A stretch of DNA of 64,000 nt, from assembly GCF_009914755.1 (NCBI RefSeq), contig NC_060926.1. The stretch is one strand, 5' to 3'. The DNA comes from the human T2T-CHM13v2.0 reference genome, Homo sapiens. The position numbers and the translations under genes are program-made. Below, piece after piece: positions 23,224-38,789 of this stretch (within the stretch, counting starts at the first letter, position 1; each line of letters begins with the position of its first letter). The notes below the pieces were generated by a model that was not told where the DNA came from, did no database searches, and was given only the letters and a program-made list of their open reading frames with translations.

Positions 23224-23441
23224 CTAGCATTCCATACCCTGGCACTATTGACATTTATGTCTAGATGCCATTTTCTTGTTGAAGGGCTAGCTACCCTTTG
23301 CATTCTAATATGTTTTGCAGCATCAATGGCCTCAACCAACTAAATGCCAGTAGCATTCTTTCCCGATTTGTGATCAACAAAACTGTCTCTAGACATTGTG
23401 AAATGTCCCAAGGGCAATATTGCTTCTAATTAAGAGCCCTT
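23224..23441 (+). mobile_element. MER20 (hAT-Charlie DNA transposon)
   Basis: 'ggcactattgacattt...gcagcatcaatggcctc...atgccagtagca...tgtctctagacattgtgaaatgtccc' follows MER20. Confidence 0.8.
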
Positions 23442-23933
23442 ATTTAGTTTTACCTTTCCCACCCACCAATTTACAGTCCCCTCAAAAAATTACCTTTATT
23501 AATTCTGAGTATGCTTCTAGAGTTTCTTCATGTAAAAATCTTTTTTTTTAACATGTTCTCATCCTTGTTTTGTCATTTAAAGACTTCTGGCACATTTTAC
23601 AAATTTAGGGGATTATCATAATTTTTAATCTTTTAATGAACACTTGGATTGCTTCAAATTCTTTTGTTATAAATGTCTTCAAATGGACAAATTTATACAT
23701 CCATCATTTATATGTATACAAGTAATAGTAAAATAAATTCACGGAAGTAGTATATATATATATATTTTTTTACACTGTCATCAACATTATAATTTCACTA
23801 AAAATAGTATTTGTATGTTAGTTGTAATTCTTGTTTTCCATTTTGCTTTGCTTGATTGGCAGGATAAAAAGGCATAAGAGATTGAACTACGCTACTGTCA
23901 TATTCAATACTATAGTTTCTTTTACAAAATTTA

Positions 23934-24254
<321 letters not shown>

Positions 24255-26261
24255 TTAAAGCAATAGTAGGTGAGGTGATATAGAAATAGTTAGTGAGGTG
24301 ATATAGAAAAACAATTATTTTTTAGAGAGGCAGAGGAAAGTGACAAAGTCTAATGTGCTAAGGTCATTGGCCTCTAGAGATGTAGATAAAATACTCTTAT
24401 ATTCTATTTATCCAGCAAGAAAGGGTGATAATCCAACTGATCCTAAGGATTATTAACTACAAGAACAATTGAAGCATGGAATTTCAGAGTCATAAAGCTA
24501 TTAAGAATTTTGCTGGCTTTCTTAAGCAAGATTAGGATAACAGAAACTTCTGTGGAGAAGGAAAAAAAACCCTGCATCATCATTTTCAATATAAATATGG
24601 AACTCGATAGGTGAAATTTGTGATACTTTTGACTTTCGGAAAAAGCCTAATGAGTCAACAGTATTCATCTTCTTAGAGAGGTGATACGTATTGTCTTTCA
24701 TTACCCCTATTGTTTTTAAGTATGATTTTTAAAATGAGCCCAACTGGTCAGCATCTGCCTTCATTCAATGAAAATCTACTCATTATAGAAATTGCATATA
24801 GAGAGCTTTCCCTTTATTCATTTGATGCAGAAAGAAGACCATCATGTAGGAGCATCATTTTGAATCTTAATTAACCAAAGATTTAATTTTGTTCAGAAAA
24901 TGTGAGCTCATCAGGACTACTTACATGATGCTTGTTAACATCTAGCGCTTTGCCTATTTGAATAAATGCCATTCTCCTTGTATTTGAATTAAATTATTTA
25001 CTATGGATGATTTGAAAGGTTTATAATATTGTACTTACTGGAACTCACAGCACCAAAGTATTCATTTGCATGTCTGTAAAATGGAATGCAATTATTTATA
25101 TATGATTATGCTCTTTCAAATATCTTCTCCCAGCCAAGACAATATTAAAGTCATCAGGTAGTCAACACTGATAGCATATGAGGAGCTCTAAAACTATGAA
25201 CATGACTGAGTACCTTTTATGTCTATAAATCTGAAACTACTTAGAAGACTCTAAAATTTATGACTACTTTAGGTATTATAAATTTTTATCAAGTGTGGCC
25301 TTTAAAAGTAAAGTTTTTATTCATGTTATGTGGGATTTTTACACAGCTCATCTTGCTTAAAACCAACTTTCCCTATGAACATTGATTGTCAGATACCAGC
25401 TTATTTGATAATCATATGTCCTAAAAAGCCATCACTTTGAGCTTAGTTCAAGAATAAGTTGAATTGATCAGTAGTCATTTACTAAATGACTCCCATGGGA
25501 GAGGAAAAAGAAAAGATGCAGCAACTTAAGATCTTTTCCTCTCTGAGCCTCGGTGGCTTTAACTTTTAGTATGTCTCTCCAAATCAATTCCCTCTGAGAA
25601 AACATTGTTGGAACACCTTCCTCTTCCAGGAAAGTAGAAACAAAGTAGAGTAGACCTGATGGATATAAAATTGACCTTTATTAAACAAAAAAAGTATGAA
25701 TTTTGCTTTATGCATCCTGCTGTATTTTGGCTAGGTCCTAGAGAGTCTTCTTGGAATAGTTTACTTCCTCTCTTAGAAGACACAGCACTTCCTAAATTAT
25801 GTTTGAACTTAATACCATTTGTTTATCTATTGTTCAGGAATGGAGAAAGATCCTGAGGGGGCTTGTTTTTTTCTAGCAAAGCAGAGTCCTCTACATTCTC
25901 TCCAAACAAAAAGAAATAAGCACACACCTTGTACCAAGAGAAAAAACACCACCACATGTTCAAGGGTTCAAGGAGACCTGGAAACCCAAAAATGTTGAGT
26001 GCCTGCCCCCATCTCATGTCTGTAAGTCCCACTCTCTAACAATGAGAGATCTCCTTTAATACATAGTCCTGATACAGCCAATCTTCTAGTGTTGATAATT
26101 TTATCTTCTCTGAAGCTCTGCTGTTATTTACATCAGTTCTAGTTCTGATCCTTAGCTTTTCTAGCCTTCTGGATGCCAGACATGATAGTCTATTTATATG
26201 CTCCCACATTTATCCTTTCTTAGTTTTTATAATATATTCATCCTTAAAATGATGATTAACA

Positions 26262-26662
<401 letters not shown>

Positions 26663-26889
26663 TCATTCTGATCTCTCAAAAAGCAGAGATAGTGCACCTT
26701 CCAGTGCATTTCCGTTAACTACTATACCAGTTAACCACAAATAAAAGATTGAACAGTTGCACTGTGACCTTGTGCAAACAGCTGGTGCTCCATCTACCAC
26801 TGGTAATAGTTCCTCCCCTGTCAGCCAGGCAGAAGGTGATCTAACTTCAGAATCCTTCTTAGATTCTACATCCTAGGATACTCCTGGTA

Positions 26890-27085
26890 TCAAATATCAT
26901 AAGTTGGGTTTCCTGGCAAACAAGATCCGTGATAGAGATTTGCACACAAGTGTTATATTGAATGGTGTTCTTTGGAATAACACTTGTGAGGAAGTGAGGG
27001 AAGCAGGATTAGAAAGAGGAACAAATGAAACTGTTAAATAGTGTCAACCGAGAACTCAGCTGATCACACTGGGACTTTGGAGCTT
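26890..27085 (-). mobile_element. Old ERVL LTR fragment (LTR16/LTR33-like)
   Basis: 'gggtttcctggcaaac...aacacttgtgaggaagtgagggaagcaggattag' resembles an antisense LTR16 3' part. Confidence 0.5.
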
Positions 27086-27090
27086 GTATT

Positions 27091-27098
27091 TCTCTCTC

Positions 27099-27171
<73 letters not shown>
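27091..27171. repeat. (TC)n(AC)n compound microsatellite
   Basis: Read directly. Confidence 0.97.
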
Positions 27172-27173
<2 letters not shown>

Positions 27174-27279
27174 TGCAAACATATTTATTTTCTTAAACTT
27201 ACTTTCTTGTATTTAAAAAAACCATAAGATTCAGAGTCATATTGACTTGCTATTACATGTCTGTCTTTGTCCAAGTTAT

Positions 27280-27430
27280 TCAAAGGAGACTCTCTCTGAG
27301 TCTATATTTTGTATTTGAAAATTGAAGAGATAGTATATCTCTCATGGAGTAATTGTCAGAAATTGGTGAGATAATGTAAAACATTTGCCTAGAGTGGGAC
27401 CTCGTATATAATAATTACTCCTAAAAATAT
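27280..27430 (+). mobile_element. MIR fragment
   Basis: 'ctctctgagtct...tttgaaaattgaagagatagtatatctctcatggagtaattgtcagaaattggtgagataatgt' is MIR core-like. Confidence 0.55.
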
Positions 27431-28254
27431 TATGATTTTTCCCACTCTTTCCTCATTTTGCTCTTCTCATGCCTAGAGGTTATTTCCTGTCTACAGTTAT
27501 TTCTATGCTAGTTTTGATAAAGAATATATATTTGATTTGACAGCTATCAAGTTATATAGCTTTTATTAGTAATATCAGCGGCAATTTGAATTAGGTTTTT
27601 TGAAAAACCCTAGTCAATAGCTAATCTTGGAAGGTGCATAATTATAACACTTATATATCATTTGATGAAAAGACAGGTATGCACCTTAATTCTTAAATGA
27701 GTAACTGGGAAGTAAACAACCATATCTCAAATGTACTAAAAATTACAATATAGAATGACTATTGCTTTTATGCCCAGCAAACAGTCCTCAATTCTTATTA
27801 TTTCTGAAGCATTTTTCCTATGACAAATCTATTTTGTGCAATTTGAGAGGGCTGCCTCACAGCCTTCTCTCCCCCTCTAATCCCTCCACAACCGTAGATG
27901 TGTAACCCAGGGACAGCCAGTCGGAAACTTCTTTCCCAAGTGATTGGTTGAGGGACGGTCCATAGCAGGACAAATTAGAGCTTCCTCTAAGATTTATGGT
28001 GCTGAAAGAGAAAATGTATCTTATTCTTGGCTCACAAAGCAATAGAAATATAGACTTGAGGCTATCAGAGACCTTCTTTTCTGCCATGCAGAATAAGCCT
28101 ATGCAAAGAGGAAATCTATTCAAAGAGAAAAGCATCCATTCCGGAGATGGAAAAAGGCTCTGAAAACAATATTCAACATTAAGTTATGACCTACCAGATC
28201 CATCTTTGGACTTTTCAGTCATACAAGCTAAATTCTTCTCCCTTTTAAAAATTA

Positions 28255-28500
28255 TTATTTTTTTAATTGACAAATAATAATTGTATATGTTTATGGGGTA
28301 CGTAGTGATGTTTTGATACATATAATGTATAATGATTAGGTCAGGGTAATTAGTATGTCTATCTCAAACATTTATTATTCCTTGGTGTTAGAAATGTTCA
28401 GTAGCCTCCTTTTAGTAATTTTAAACTAATACATTAGTGTTCTGTAGGCATCTTACAGTGGTACAGGACACTATAACTTATTCCTCCTGTCTGGATGTAA
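28255..28500 (-). mobile_element. L1MA-type 3' end, inserted in an old MLT1-like LTR (~27800-28555)
   Basis: 'tttttaattgacaaataataattgtatatgtttatggggtac...tcagggtaattag'; the MLT1-like tail resumes at 28501 ('ttctgttactttcaacc'). Confidence 0.75.
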
Positions 28501-29238
28501 GAACCATTTTAAGTTAGACTTCTGTTACTTTCAACCAACCAAGTCATAATAAAAAACATACAAACTATTATTTAAATGTTTTCGAAGCATTGACTATATT
28601 GGAGAACTTAATTTCTGATTATAAATCATCTGTGTTGTATCTTCATTGCCTAGAATTACTCCTAGCATAACATAGGCATTCAGTAAGCATTAGCGGAATT
28701 ACATAATTCACAAACCAAAAATTGACTTTGAAATGTGTCGCATAATAGTGCTAATGGAAGAGAAAGTTGAGTGTGTGTGTGTGTGTATATGTGTATTCAT
28801 TGGGAGCAAAAGTACAGTAAGGTATAACCATTGTTCCTCTTTTTTAAAGTCCATAACTACTTTCTATTTCCTGAAGCAATTTAAATTTTTAAATTTTAAA
28901 GAAATGAAAATGTTTAGGATATGATTACTTAGTTTCATTTCTGGCTCTGCCAATGTTTTTGATAAATAATAATATCTCAAATCTCAGTTTCCATACTTTA
29001 CCAAGAATAGTTATTTCTGATATTCTTGCCTGAACTATGCATTTCAGGTTAAATTTAAATAATTTCTGTGCTTTTATAACATAATTTTCAATTCTAAATT
29101 TTTAATTCAAAAATAATTTTTGGAAATTAAAAGTTACATAATACTTGGGGGAATAGTGTGGATGACCAGGAGGAATAAGTGAGAAGCATACTAGCTAGCA
29201 TCTCTAGAGGCATTAGCAAGGCACTTGAATGAAAGTAG

Positions 29239-29577
<339 letters not shown>

Positions 29578-30478
29578 TGAAGATTTAGTCACTCAAAGAT
29601 ATGTTGTTAGTCATTTAATATAATTACACATTGAAAATATAAATTATTTCAAAAGCAGCCTAATGCTTTTAAAGGCTAAGTAAATGTTTTGAGAAATATT
29701 CAGATGAGTCCCACTTGAAAAACTGTATTTATTATACTCACTCCAAAACAACATATGCTTTTAAATAACTTGTTTATTAGGAAAAACAAATGATGACTCT
29801 CCAGCTCATTCAGAACACTTTTAGGAAAACTGACAGTAATTTGATAAAGAGAGCCCTTGCCACACACTGACCTGGGAATGGAATTGAAAATTGGAATGGG
29901 ATTTGCAGACTTGGCAATTGTGATTCCATGCACCACCGATAGGTTTTGCATCCATCCCATTTTTCCTTGGTCTTTTCTTTTTCTTTCATAATTTTTGGTC
30001 CCTGAAAAGATCTTTTATTTTCAAATAATAAAGAATGGTGGCTATAATAGCACCTACAATTTTCAGATTCATCTTAGATCCTCTCATTAATTTTTTTTAT
30101 TTATTTGACCTTAAGCACAAATAAATATTTTCCGAGAAGATTTTCTTCTCTTAAGCAGAAATCATGAGAGCTGCTTGAATGTATTGAGGCGACCTACACT
30201 GAGGTGATTCTATCCAAATGCAATTGTTGTTTAGTAATCATTTAAAATTTAGTTTTGAATTACTATAAGAATTTGGGCTTATGTTATTAAAAGCTAAGTG
30301 ATGGTATGATAATTTGATAATATCTGAATTAAAACTTAATTCTTATGCATATATCAAACGTGCTAACATAATTTATTTATAGTTCATAGTTCATTGATCG
30401 TTCATAGGTGAGAACAGGAAGAGTTTCCATCAAATACATAAAGAATTAACATGATTATTTAGGTAATTTAAGAAATGG

Positions 30479-30899
<421 letters not shown>

Positions 30900-32676
30900 C
30901 TACAAACCCAATTTAGTAGTCAGAAAAGCAGGGCCTGCCCCCAAAGTGGAATATGTATTCTATTTTCACCTAGGATAATGTCCAATGTGTGATATTTGTA
31001 TTCTTTAGAAATCCAGCAAAATAATATAGACTAATGATATTTTACCCAAGAACTTTGTCTTCCTTTATCAAAATAAAGCACTTGAATCAATATTTATCTC
31101 AATATGTGATTCCATATCTCACTCAGTAATTTTGTATTGCTTTTTAAGTTTTCAGTTGAAATCATCACTAAAATGTAGCAATGATATAGTAATGATATCA
31201 TGGGTTTCTTTTTCCATAGAAGCAATTGTTTTTAGTTGCTGATTATATCAAAATCTCATTTTTGAATGCCAGTAGCACTAATTAATAACATGGTAAACTT
31301 AATAAAAATTTAACTGCATTACTCAGTAGGAATAACTGAATCCATTATGCCTTTAGAAATAATATATTTAGGTAAGCAAGCATGCATTCGATTCCAGAGT
31401 TGGGTGAATTAGTTTTAATATGGATTGCTGCAATGTAACTCCTTTAGGAAGTTTCTGATCATTGTCTTACATATGATTACTAAGAAACATATAATAATTT
31501 CTTAACCTGAATAATGTAGTGTTTCTGTTTCTTCATAAATTTTGGGTTTGAAAGATATTAGTTATGAAACATTACAATAGATAGTGTGTAGCAGTTTAAA
31601 AATTATACCTTGATTACATGTGTGGGACACTATTTTGTTTGTTATATTTGCAATAAACATATGTCTGGAAGCACGCAAGGATGACTTCAAATAATCTCAC
31701 CGCTCTCATGAACAACTGATTATTGTGGAAATACTTGTCCTTCTGAGTTTAGGCCACTGAGTATCTTTCTCTACATCCATGAGAAGTGTGTCCAGCACCA
31801 CCTTTCATGCCCAACTAAAAGTCACAATGGATGATTTCAATATTTGTTCTAGACAAATTGCATTTAATCAATGTGTACTTCACTCTTTTCCTTCATTTCC
31901 TTTTTTGTGGAATCTCATGCCCAATATTATTAACCTAATTTATCAACTGGCTACTTTCTAGGCTTTGGGATCTGGCTCTGTTTCTTAACTTCTGTACTTA
32001 TCTAAGCCCTGTATCATTGAGTCTTTGGAAATGATGCCCTTGTTTGGAATAACTTTAGGACCCAGAGATGACTCATCTGAACTGAGGTTTAAGAAAAACT
32101 GAAAATATAAAAGGACAATAATCTTGACCAGGACTACTAAAACAGAAATATTAACCTAGATACACATTGCTTAAGTTGTATCAAAATATTAAGAACAAAT
32201 TGGTAGTTACTTCTAGAACTACACTCTAGTTATATGTATATATTTTAAAAACAGAGTACTATGTTTATATTTTATCATAGTTAATAAATTATATATAGTA
32301 ACCATAGAGTATAAGCTTAATATTTTCACCTAAATTTTAGTTTTGCTTAAAGAGTCACTGGTTATAAAGGTCACATTTTGTTATTTCAAAGGAGAGTTAC
32401 TAGAACAGGAAGTTACAACAAACATTTGCCTTGGTGATTCCATTTTCTTCATCAGAAAATACAAATTAAGTATATTTCTTAACTATCTTAAAAATAAAGA
32501 TCCTGAATAAAAATTATATTGTGTATTGGGATGAGCAAAATGCAAAGGAGATTTAAACCCCTAAAGTTCCAACATGTGGAAAAGAGTACATTGTTACAGC
32601 TTCCTTTCAAAGACTTGGTAATTTCTAGTGAAGGTACCACACACTTCTAAGGCTAATACTGAAGCAGTACATTCTC

Positions 32677-32695
32677 TATCGCCCCCTGGCGGCAA
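32677..32695 (-). promoter_or_regulatory. Candidate CTCF site
   Basis: Minus strand TTGCCGCCAGGGGGCGATA closely matches the CTCF core (TGGCCACCAGGGGGCGCTA). Confidence 0.7.
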
Positions 32696-35600
32696 CTACT
32701 TTGATTGACAGTACCTCTGTCATGGAGGCTATTAAACCTTTCGGATGTCACTCCTATCATCCAAAAAGTCCACTTCTTGGTCCGTGTTCTCTTACATGTA
32801 TATTTAGGAACATATATTCAAGGATGCTCATTGCAATAATTATAATGTCAGAAATCACCATTGAGGGCAATTTACAAACATCAGTAGACATAAGAAAAAA
32901 GAAAGATTTTGATGGGGGCAATTATGTTGCATACATTTTGATTGGAAACTGGAACATTAGTTATAAAGTTCTGCTATCAAGAACTACTAGAAATGAAGGA
33001 TGCCTGGCTGGCCCGCTGCTTCAGGGAAGGCTTTACACATGGTGTTGTTACAATCTGATCTCCAGCCTTTAGGTATGGAACCTGAGGACCTCAAGCTGTC
33101 AGCCCTCTTAGATGTGATTTTGCTCAGAAGAACTGATTCTCAGTGGCTAATATCACAAAAGAAAGGGATAGATAAACAAGAATGCTGATTTATATACTCA
33201 CAATGACAGAGACATCTAACTGGATAACTAGCACCTGCCATTTCCCCAGATTCTCCCTCCTTAAGCAAATCAACCTAAGGCAACCAAATAAGAGATTAGA
33301 AGGTTAGTCTGTGTGCACTGGGTTAGAACAAAGGGTCATATATTTAGAGATATTTCAATATATGACTCAGAACTAGTTGAGCTTACTTTTTCCTGCTTAA
33401 AAGATATTGTCACCCAAGTAATTGATAATAGTTTTTAAAGTTAGCCATCTTTTCCCTTTTCTGAACTAAAGAAATATTTTCATATTGTATTTGTTTTTTA
33501 AAAACAACAAAATACAAAGCCATGCAGATAACTTCTCTCCTTCTCTTACTACTTAAAGTTACTGTATATTTATATATGTGATATATGTGAAATTATTCAG
33601 CTTTTTCTTTAGCACGGGGTGGGGGGATACCGTTGGCCTCAGGATATACTCTCAACAATTTGACTATGCTTTGGAGTGCTCTGTAGGCCCATTCAAGCTT
33701 CATTTAAAAACTTATATTCCCAGCCATAATAGACTTTGACAAGACAAAAACACCCGTTCTGACTTTCAAAAAATATGCCATTCAGGGAAAAGAAGAGTAA
33801 GCACGCAACATTTCTAATTTCCAATCGTAATTGAGATAGGCATTAATATACAATGGTATAGTAAAATCAAAGAGAAGAAAGCAAAACTCCAAAATAGCTG
33901 ATCTTTGGAAAAAGATTTCTGGAGAATAAAGAATTTGAATTGATCTGAAGAAAGAGTAGGAATAAGTTCTTTGACTGCCAAAAGAAATGTACAGTTAAGA
34001 TAATGTACAAGCGTACACCTTCCTGATTTATGAGAAACTCTGGTTTTCTTGATTAGAACTTAGAAACAGCCTACTCTTGGTAGCCTCTCAATTCTAAACC
34101 TCTTAAGCAAACCCCGTTTGTTGAGATGATGAATGCCGTCTTTCATATTCACTAATTTTAATATCAGAGAAGAATTTTTTTCAGCTTCATGGAACAATTT
34201 TGAAGATTTACCTGATTTGGAGTTTTAGTCTATAGTGGAATCATCATAACTAGAACAGCCCATATCTGAATCTCACTGGTTAATTGGGGATTTGATATAA
34301 TTTGAATTCTTAGTTTATTGCCCTATCAAAGCAAATCCTGTATAGTTGGTAACATTGGCCTTCAGGCTATGAAAACTAGAAAAAACCATCATTGATTTAT
34401 TCAGTGTTGAGTGTGCATATTTGAAATTTTAATAAAAGTGCCACGTTTCTACTGTTTCAAAATCCTTCATTACTAGGGTCAGGGTATTACTAATTTTATG
34501 CTTTCTAACATTTTAATGTTGAGCCATGCACAGTATCTCCCTTTCCTTTATTTTCAGTTGCCAACTGCATCAACAAAGACTACTTTTATCATTAGCCTTT
34601 TCCCCAAAGTGATTGAATGCAGCTTCTAGAAAAAGCATAAATCCTCGTGATGAAAAGACGTCGTGCAACTGAGCCTATACCATTCTGCCATATTCTAAAT
34701 AATACTAATATCAGAAATTGGTGATAATAAGAATTATAGTCCTTTAGCAAGAAGGGCCTCCCTAAACCAAATATTGCATTGGCCAGGTCACAAAAAAATG
34801 GGAAGTGGTGTAACAGATTCAGGTCAGCATTCTGTGAAAAGTGCTTGCCACCAACGTTTTGCATAAAATTTTTAGAAAACTTGGTGTCACAATAACAGTT
34901 TGACTTAAGGACTGTTTCTGTGCCATCGTTTATAACGTATAACTCGTATATGACCTTTTGAAAACATTTTTATTTTTGTCACCAATATATTGTAAGTATA
35001 ATCCAAAGACTTTAAATAATCTTCAGATATATACTTCATAGCATTACATTGTATAAAACACTATAATTTATTTAATAACTCTATTTATATATGTATTTAG
35101 ATTATTTTCCAGTTAGACTATTACAATAATTAAAACTACAAATCCACAGCTTTAAATAAATTCTTGATTGTTTCTCCAAGAAAAAAAAAAAACTTAGAAG
35201 CTGAGTTATTAGATTAGGGGTTTAAGCATATGGAAGATTCTTGATATAACTTGTCAAATTGACCTCCCGAAAGTCTGTACTAGTTTCCACTGCAGTGGCT
35301 TTGAATGAATTAAAAAACATACAAATAAAATGTGTCTCATTCTGGCCTCATTGAAAATAGGTGTTGGGTTCTCCATTAAATCTTATTCTCTCAGCTCTCA
35401 AAAACCATAACGCAGCTAACTTTAATTGGAACTGGTGTTATGTGGTTCAGCCAATAAGCAAACGTCTTGCTTTATTATTTAGATTTTAAGCCTGTTTGGG
35501 CTATGTTATCCTTGGAGAGCAAAAGTAACTTTTATTTTGTTTCTGATTACACATTTAAATCCTGTATTTTCACCTGGCTTGCTGAAATGGTCTGATTTAA

Positions 35601-36221
35601 AAAATAAATGAGTAGCCCTTCAGGGTTTCTATAAAAAAAATGCAGCAAAATAATTTAAGTTCTTTGTATTTATACCAAACAAAATATATATAATGGTATT
35701 ATTTATGGCCTATTTTACTTTTGAAACATTTTGATAAATAGGATACTAATAGAATGAACTGGGGTATATGGTCATAGAACCTGAACATTTATTTTAGCAT
35801 TTATCTTTGCATTAGCGACAAGAACTAATTTTCTAAATCCTCAACTGTGACGATTAACTCGTGATGTTAGGTAGTTCCAATCAGGCTTCTCTATCTTAAA
35901 TGATTTCAAAGTGTTCTTTCTGTGGATTTTGGAGGCTTTATCAGAAACAGACATAGAAAAACCTGCTAATTATTTCTGACCCTGACAAGAGTGAGTTTGT
36001 TTTCTTGAGCACAATTAGAGATGATGTGTGTGACTAAGGAAGAGGTGCGATTTCCCCGTAACAAGCTGACCTTTAAAAGGAAAGTACAAAAACTTAAGTC
36101 ATAAAATGAACGAAAACAACACATATAAACTTCTAGACATTCTTTCAAAACCACAGTCTATTTTTATTCTCAGAATTTCATGGGAACCTCTTTCAAATTT
36201 CCACACATAGTTTGCAAATGT

Positions 36222-36348
36222 TTTATATCCTAGTGGGCGGTATATTTGTTTAGAGGTCCGGCTTTAATTTAGAGGTCAGGCTTCATATTTATTTATTTAG
36301 AGGTCAGGCTTTATATCCTAGTGGGCAGTATGTTTATTTAGAGGTCAG
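36222..36348. repeat. Irregular local tandem duplication
   Basis: TTTAGAGGTC x4 (36249, 36268, 36296, 36337); TTTATATCCTAGTGGGC x2 (36222, 36310). Confidence 0.9.
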
Positions 36349-37339
36349 TATAAATTTTTATACTTGGTTTGTATTGATTTATATTATTGGCTCTTCATTT
36401 TTTTGTGTTAAAATTATTCAGAGTTAGTTTTCATCAATATGAATTTAAACACGATCAAATAAGTCAACAAGCCATATATATATATATATATAATATTCTT
36501 GATTTTTCACTACTTTAGCTATTGCTTACTATAATGTAAACAGCATGAATACAATAGCTGTAAAATCAATCATTATTCTTTCTTAATAATAAGTAAAATG
36601 AAGCTTAGATTGTTTAAAATTTGGCTCCAAACATACATGCAGTAAATGATAGACATGAGATTAACTTCTACGTCTATATTCTGTAAAGTCTTAACTCTTA
36701 ACTACAAAAAATATTATATAAAACATAAAAATTGCTTCATGGGCTGACAACACTAACAGATCTGTAGATTTTCCAAATGACAATATGTGAAAAAAACAAA
36801 ACAAAAACAAGAAGGATCAATCACATTAGCACTTTCCCAATAGAGCTACCCATTTGCAAAATTATTAGTGAGCATCCAGATTTAAAACACAGCTTCTTTG
36901 AGTTATAATAATACTCTTCCCCTTAGTGACAGCAATACCTATAGTCACTAAGCCTTAGTTTATTCTTTATTATTATTACATGAAATCTTATAACTATAAT
37001 AATGCCCTCAGCATGTCAGAAATATATCAACTAACTAAAAATAAGTGGTAATTTACAACTACATTAAAAATATCATTACCCATATCTTACCTTCATTCAA
37101 TAAAAATGTGCCAAATAACTTTAAAATATTTAATGGAATCGCGATCAAATATATTTATTTTTGAAATTCAAATTTGCTCAAATGAAAGTAATCAAAGGAA
37201 GGATAATAAACTTACAAAGTTAAACTAAAAATTTGCAAGCGAGTAATGCTTACAATGTGAATTTCACATATTAATAGCACGCAAAAGTCCTGAAACCCTG
37301 TCAATTGTTCCATGGAGGTATTTTATGTGGAAATATGAA

Positions 37340-38722
37340 TTTTATATTTTCTAATATTTTATCATGAATATTTTCAAAAGTGCAGAAAAGTTGAAAGAAT
37401 TTTACTTTTAACTTGTGGACTAACCACCCAGATTCTATAATCAATATTTTGACCTTACTTGCTCCATATTTCATCTGCCTCTCTATTCATACATCAATGC
37501 ATCTTAGTTTTTATACATTTCAAAGTAAGTTGTAGACATTAGTACACTTTCTCCCAAATACTTCATTGCACGTAGTTAATCATTATTAACTGGAGTTTAA
37601 TGTTTGCTTATGATTTTTTTCTTTTGAGGTAAAAATTATACACGATAAAATGCATAAATCTCAAATGTATGACTCAATGAGTTATGACAAATGCATAAGC
37701 TCAGGCAACTGAAACCTCTGTCAAAATACTAAACAGCACCGTCTCCCAGGAATTTTCCTCACATCCTTTCCCAGTATATCTCTAACCCTTCCCCTCACTA
37801 CCCAGAGACAATCATTGTTCTGATTTTTTTTTGCCACAAATGAAATATAATACAGTATGTAGTCAATCATTTGTGTGAGACCTCTTTGACCCAACATAAT
37901 ATGTTTGAGATCCATCCATGTTGTATGAATCAGTACTTAATTCCTTCTTATTGCTGAGTAGTTTTCTCTGTATAAATATAACAGAATTTATCTATTTTCC
38001 TACCAATGAGTATCTAGACTGTTTCTAACTTTGAGATATTATAAAGCTGCTATGAATATAAATCTTTTTATGGAATTACACACTTTTTGTATCTCTTGGA
38101 ATAAAATTCGAGATTATGGGGTAGTGTGTGTTTGGTTTTATAAGAAACTACCAGAATGTTTTCCAAAGTTGTTGTATCATTTTACAATCTCAAAGTACCA
38201 TATGAGACTCCTGATGGCTCTGTATCTTTGCAAACATACAGTGTTGTCTGTCATTTTAATTTTAGCTGCTCTGATGGGAGTTTATTGGTATCTCAGTACC
38301 ATCCATGAGAATAGCATATTAAATTACATTTCTCTGAAGACAAACCAATTAGGGCACTATTATAATTACATATTGCTATTTGTATATCTTCCTTTTTGAA
38401 GTGACTCTTCAAACTTTTGTGATTTTTGAAGGGTTGGGTTTTTTAATCTCTGAGTTGTAGGACTTATTGAAATATGTTAGATACAAATTCTTTGCCATAT
38501 AAAGTTTTGCAGATATTTTTCCCCTAATTTTTGGCTAGTCTATTCATTTTCTTAATGGTATCTTTTAGTAATCAGAAATGTTCTTTATATAATCTAATTA
38601 ACGTTCTTCAAATATGTTTTTTTTCTGCATTATTTTAAAAAGTCTTTGCCTGCCTCCAAGTAGCAAATATATTTTCCTATTTTTTTCAGAGCTTTACTCC
38701 TTTAGCTTTTAGATTTAGATCA
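37340..38722 (-). mobile_element. L1MD-like 3' UTR and ORF2 end
   Basis: 'cagaaaagttgaaagaattttac', 'aacataatgtttgagatccatccatgttg', 'aaactaccagaatgttttccaaagttgttgtatcatttta'. Confidence 0.75.
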
Positions 38723-38727
38723 AAAAG

Positions 38728-38770
38728 ACACACACACACACACACACACACACACCCACAAACACACAAC
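38728..38770. repeat. (CA)n microsatellite
   Basis: Read directly. Confidence 0.9.
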
Positions 38771-38789
38771 ATTCTTCTTAAGAGTAGCA

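Noticed and set aside
34643-34675. GTGATGA...CTGA as a C/D-box snoRNA
   Set aside because: Boxes are only ~17 nt apart, there is no convincing terminal stem or second box pair, and it matches no snoRNA I recognise beyond the C box.
36222-36348. CRISPR-like repeat-spacer array
   Set aside because: Primate DNA, 10-16 bp repeats, irregular spacers made of the same duplicated sequence, no cas genes.
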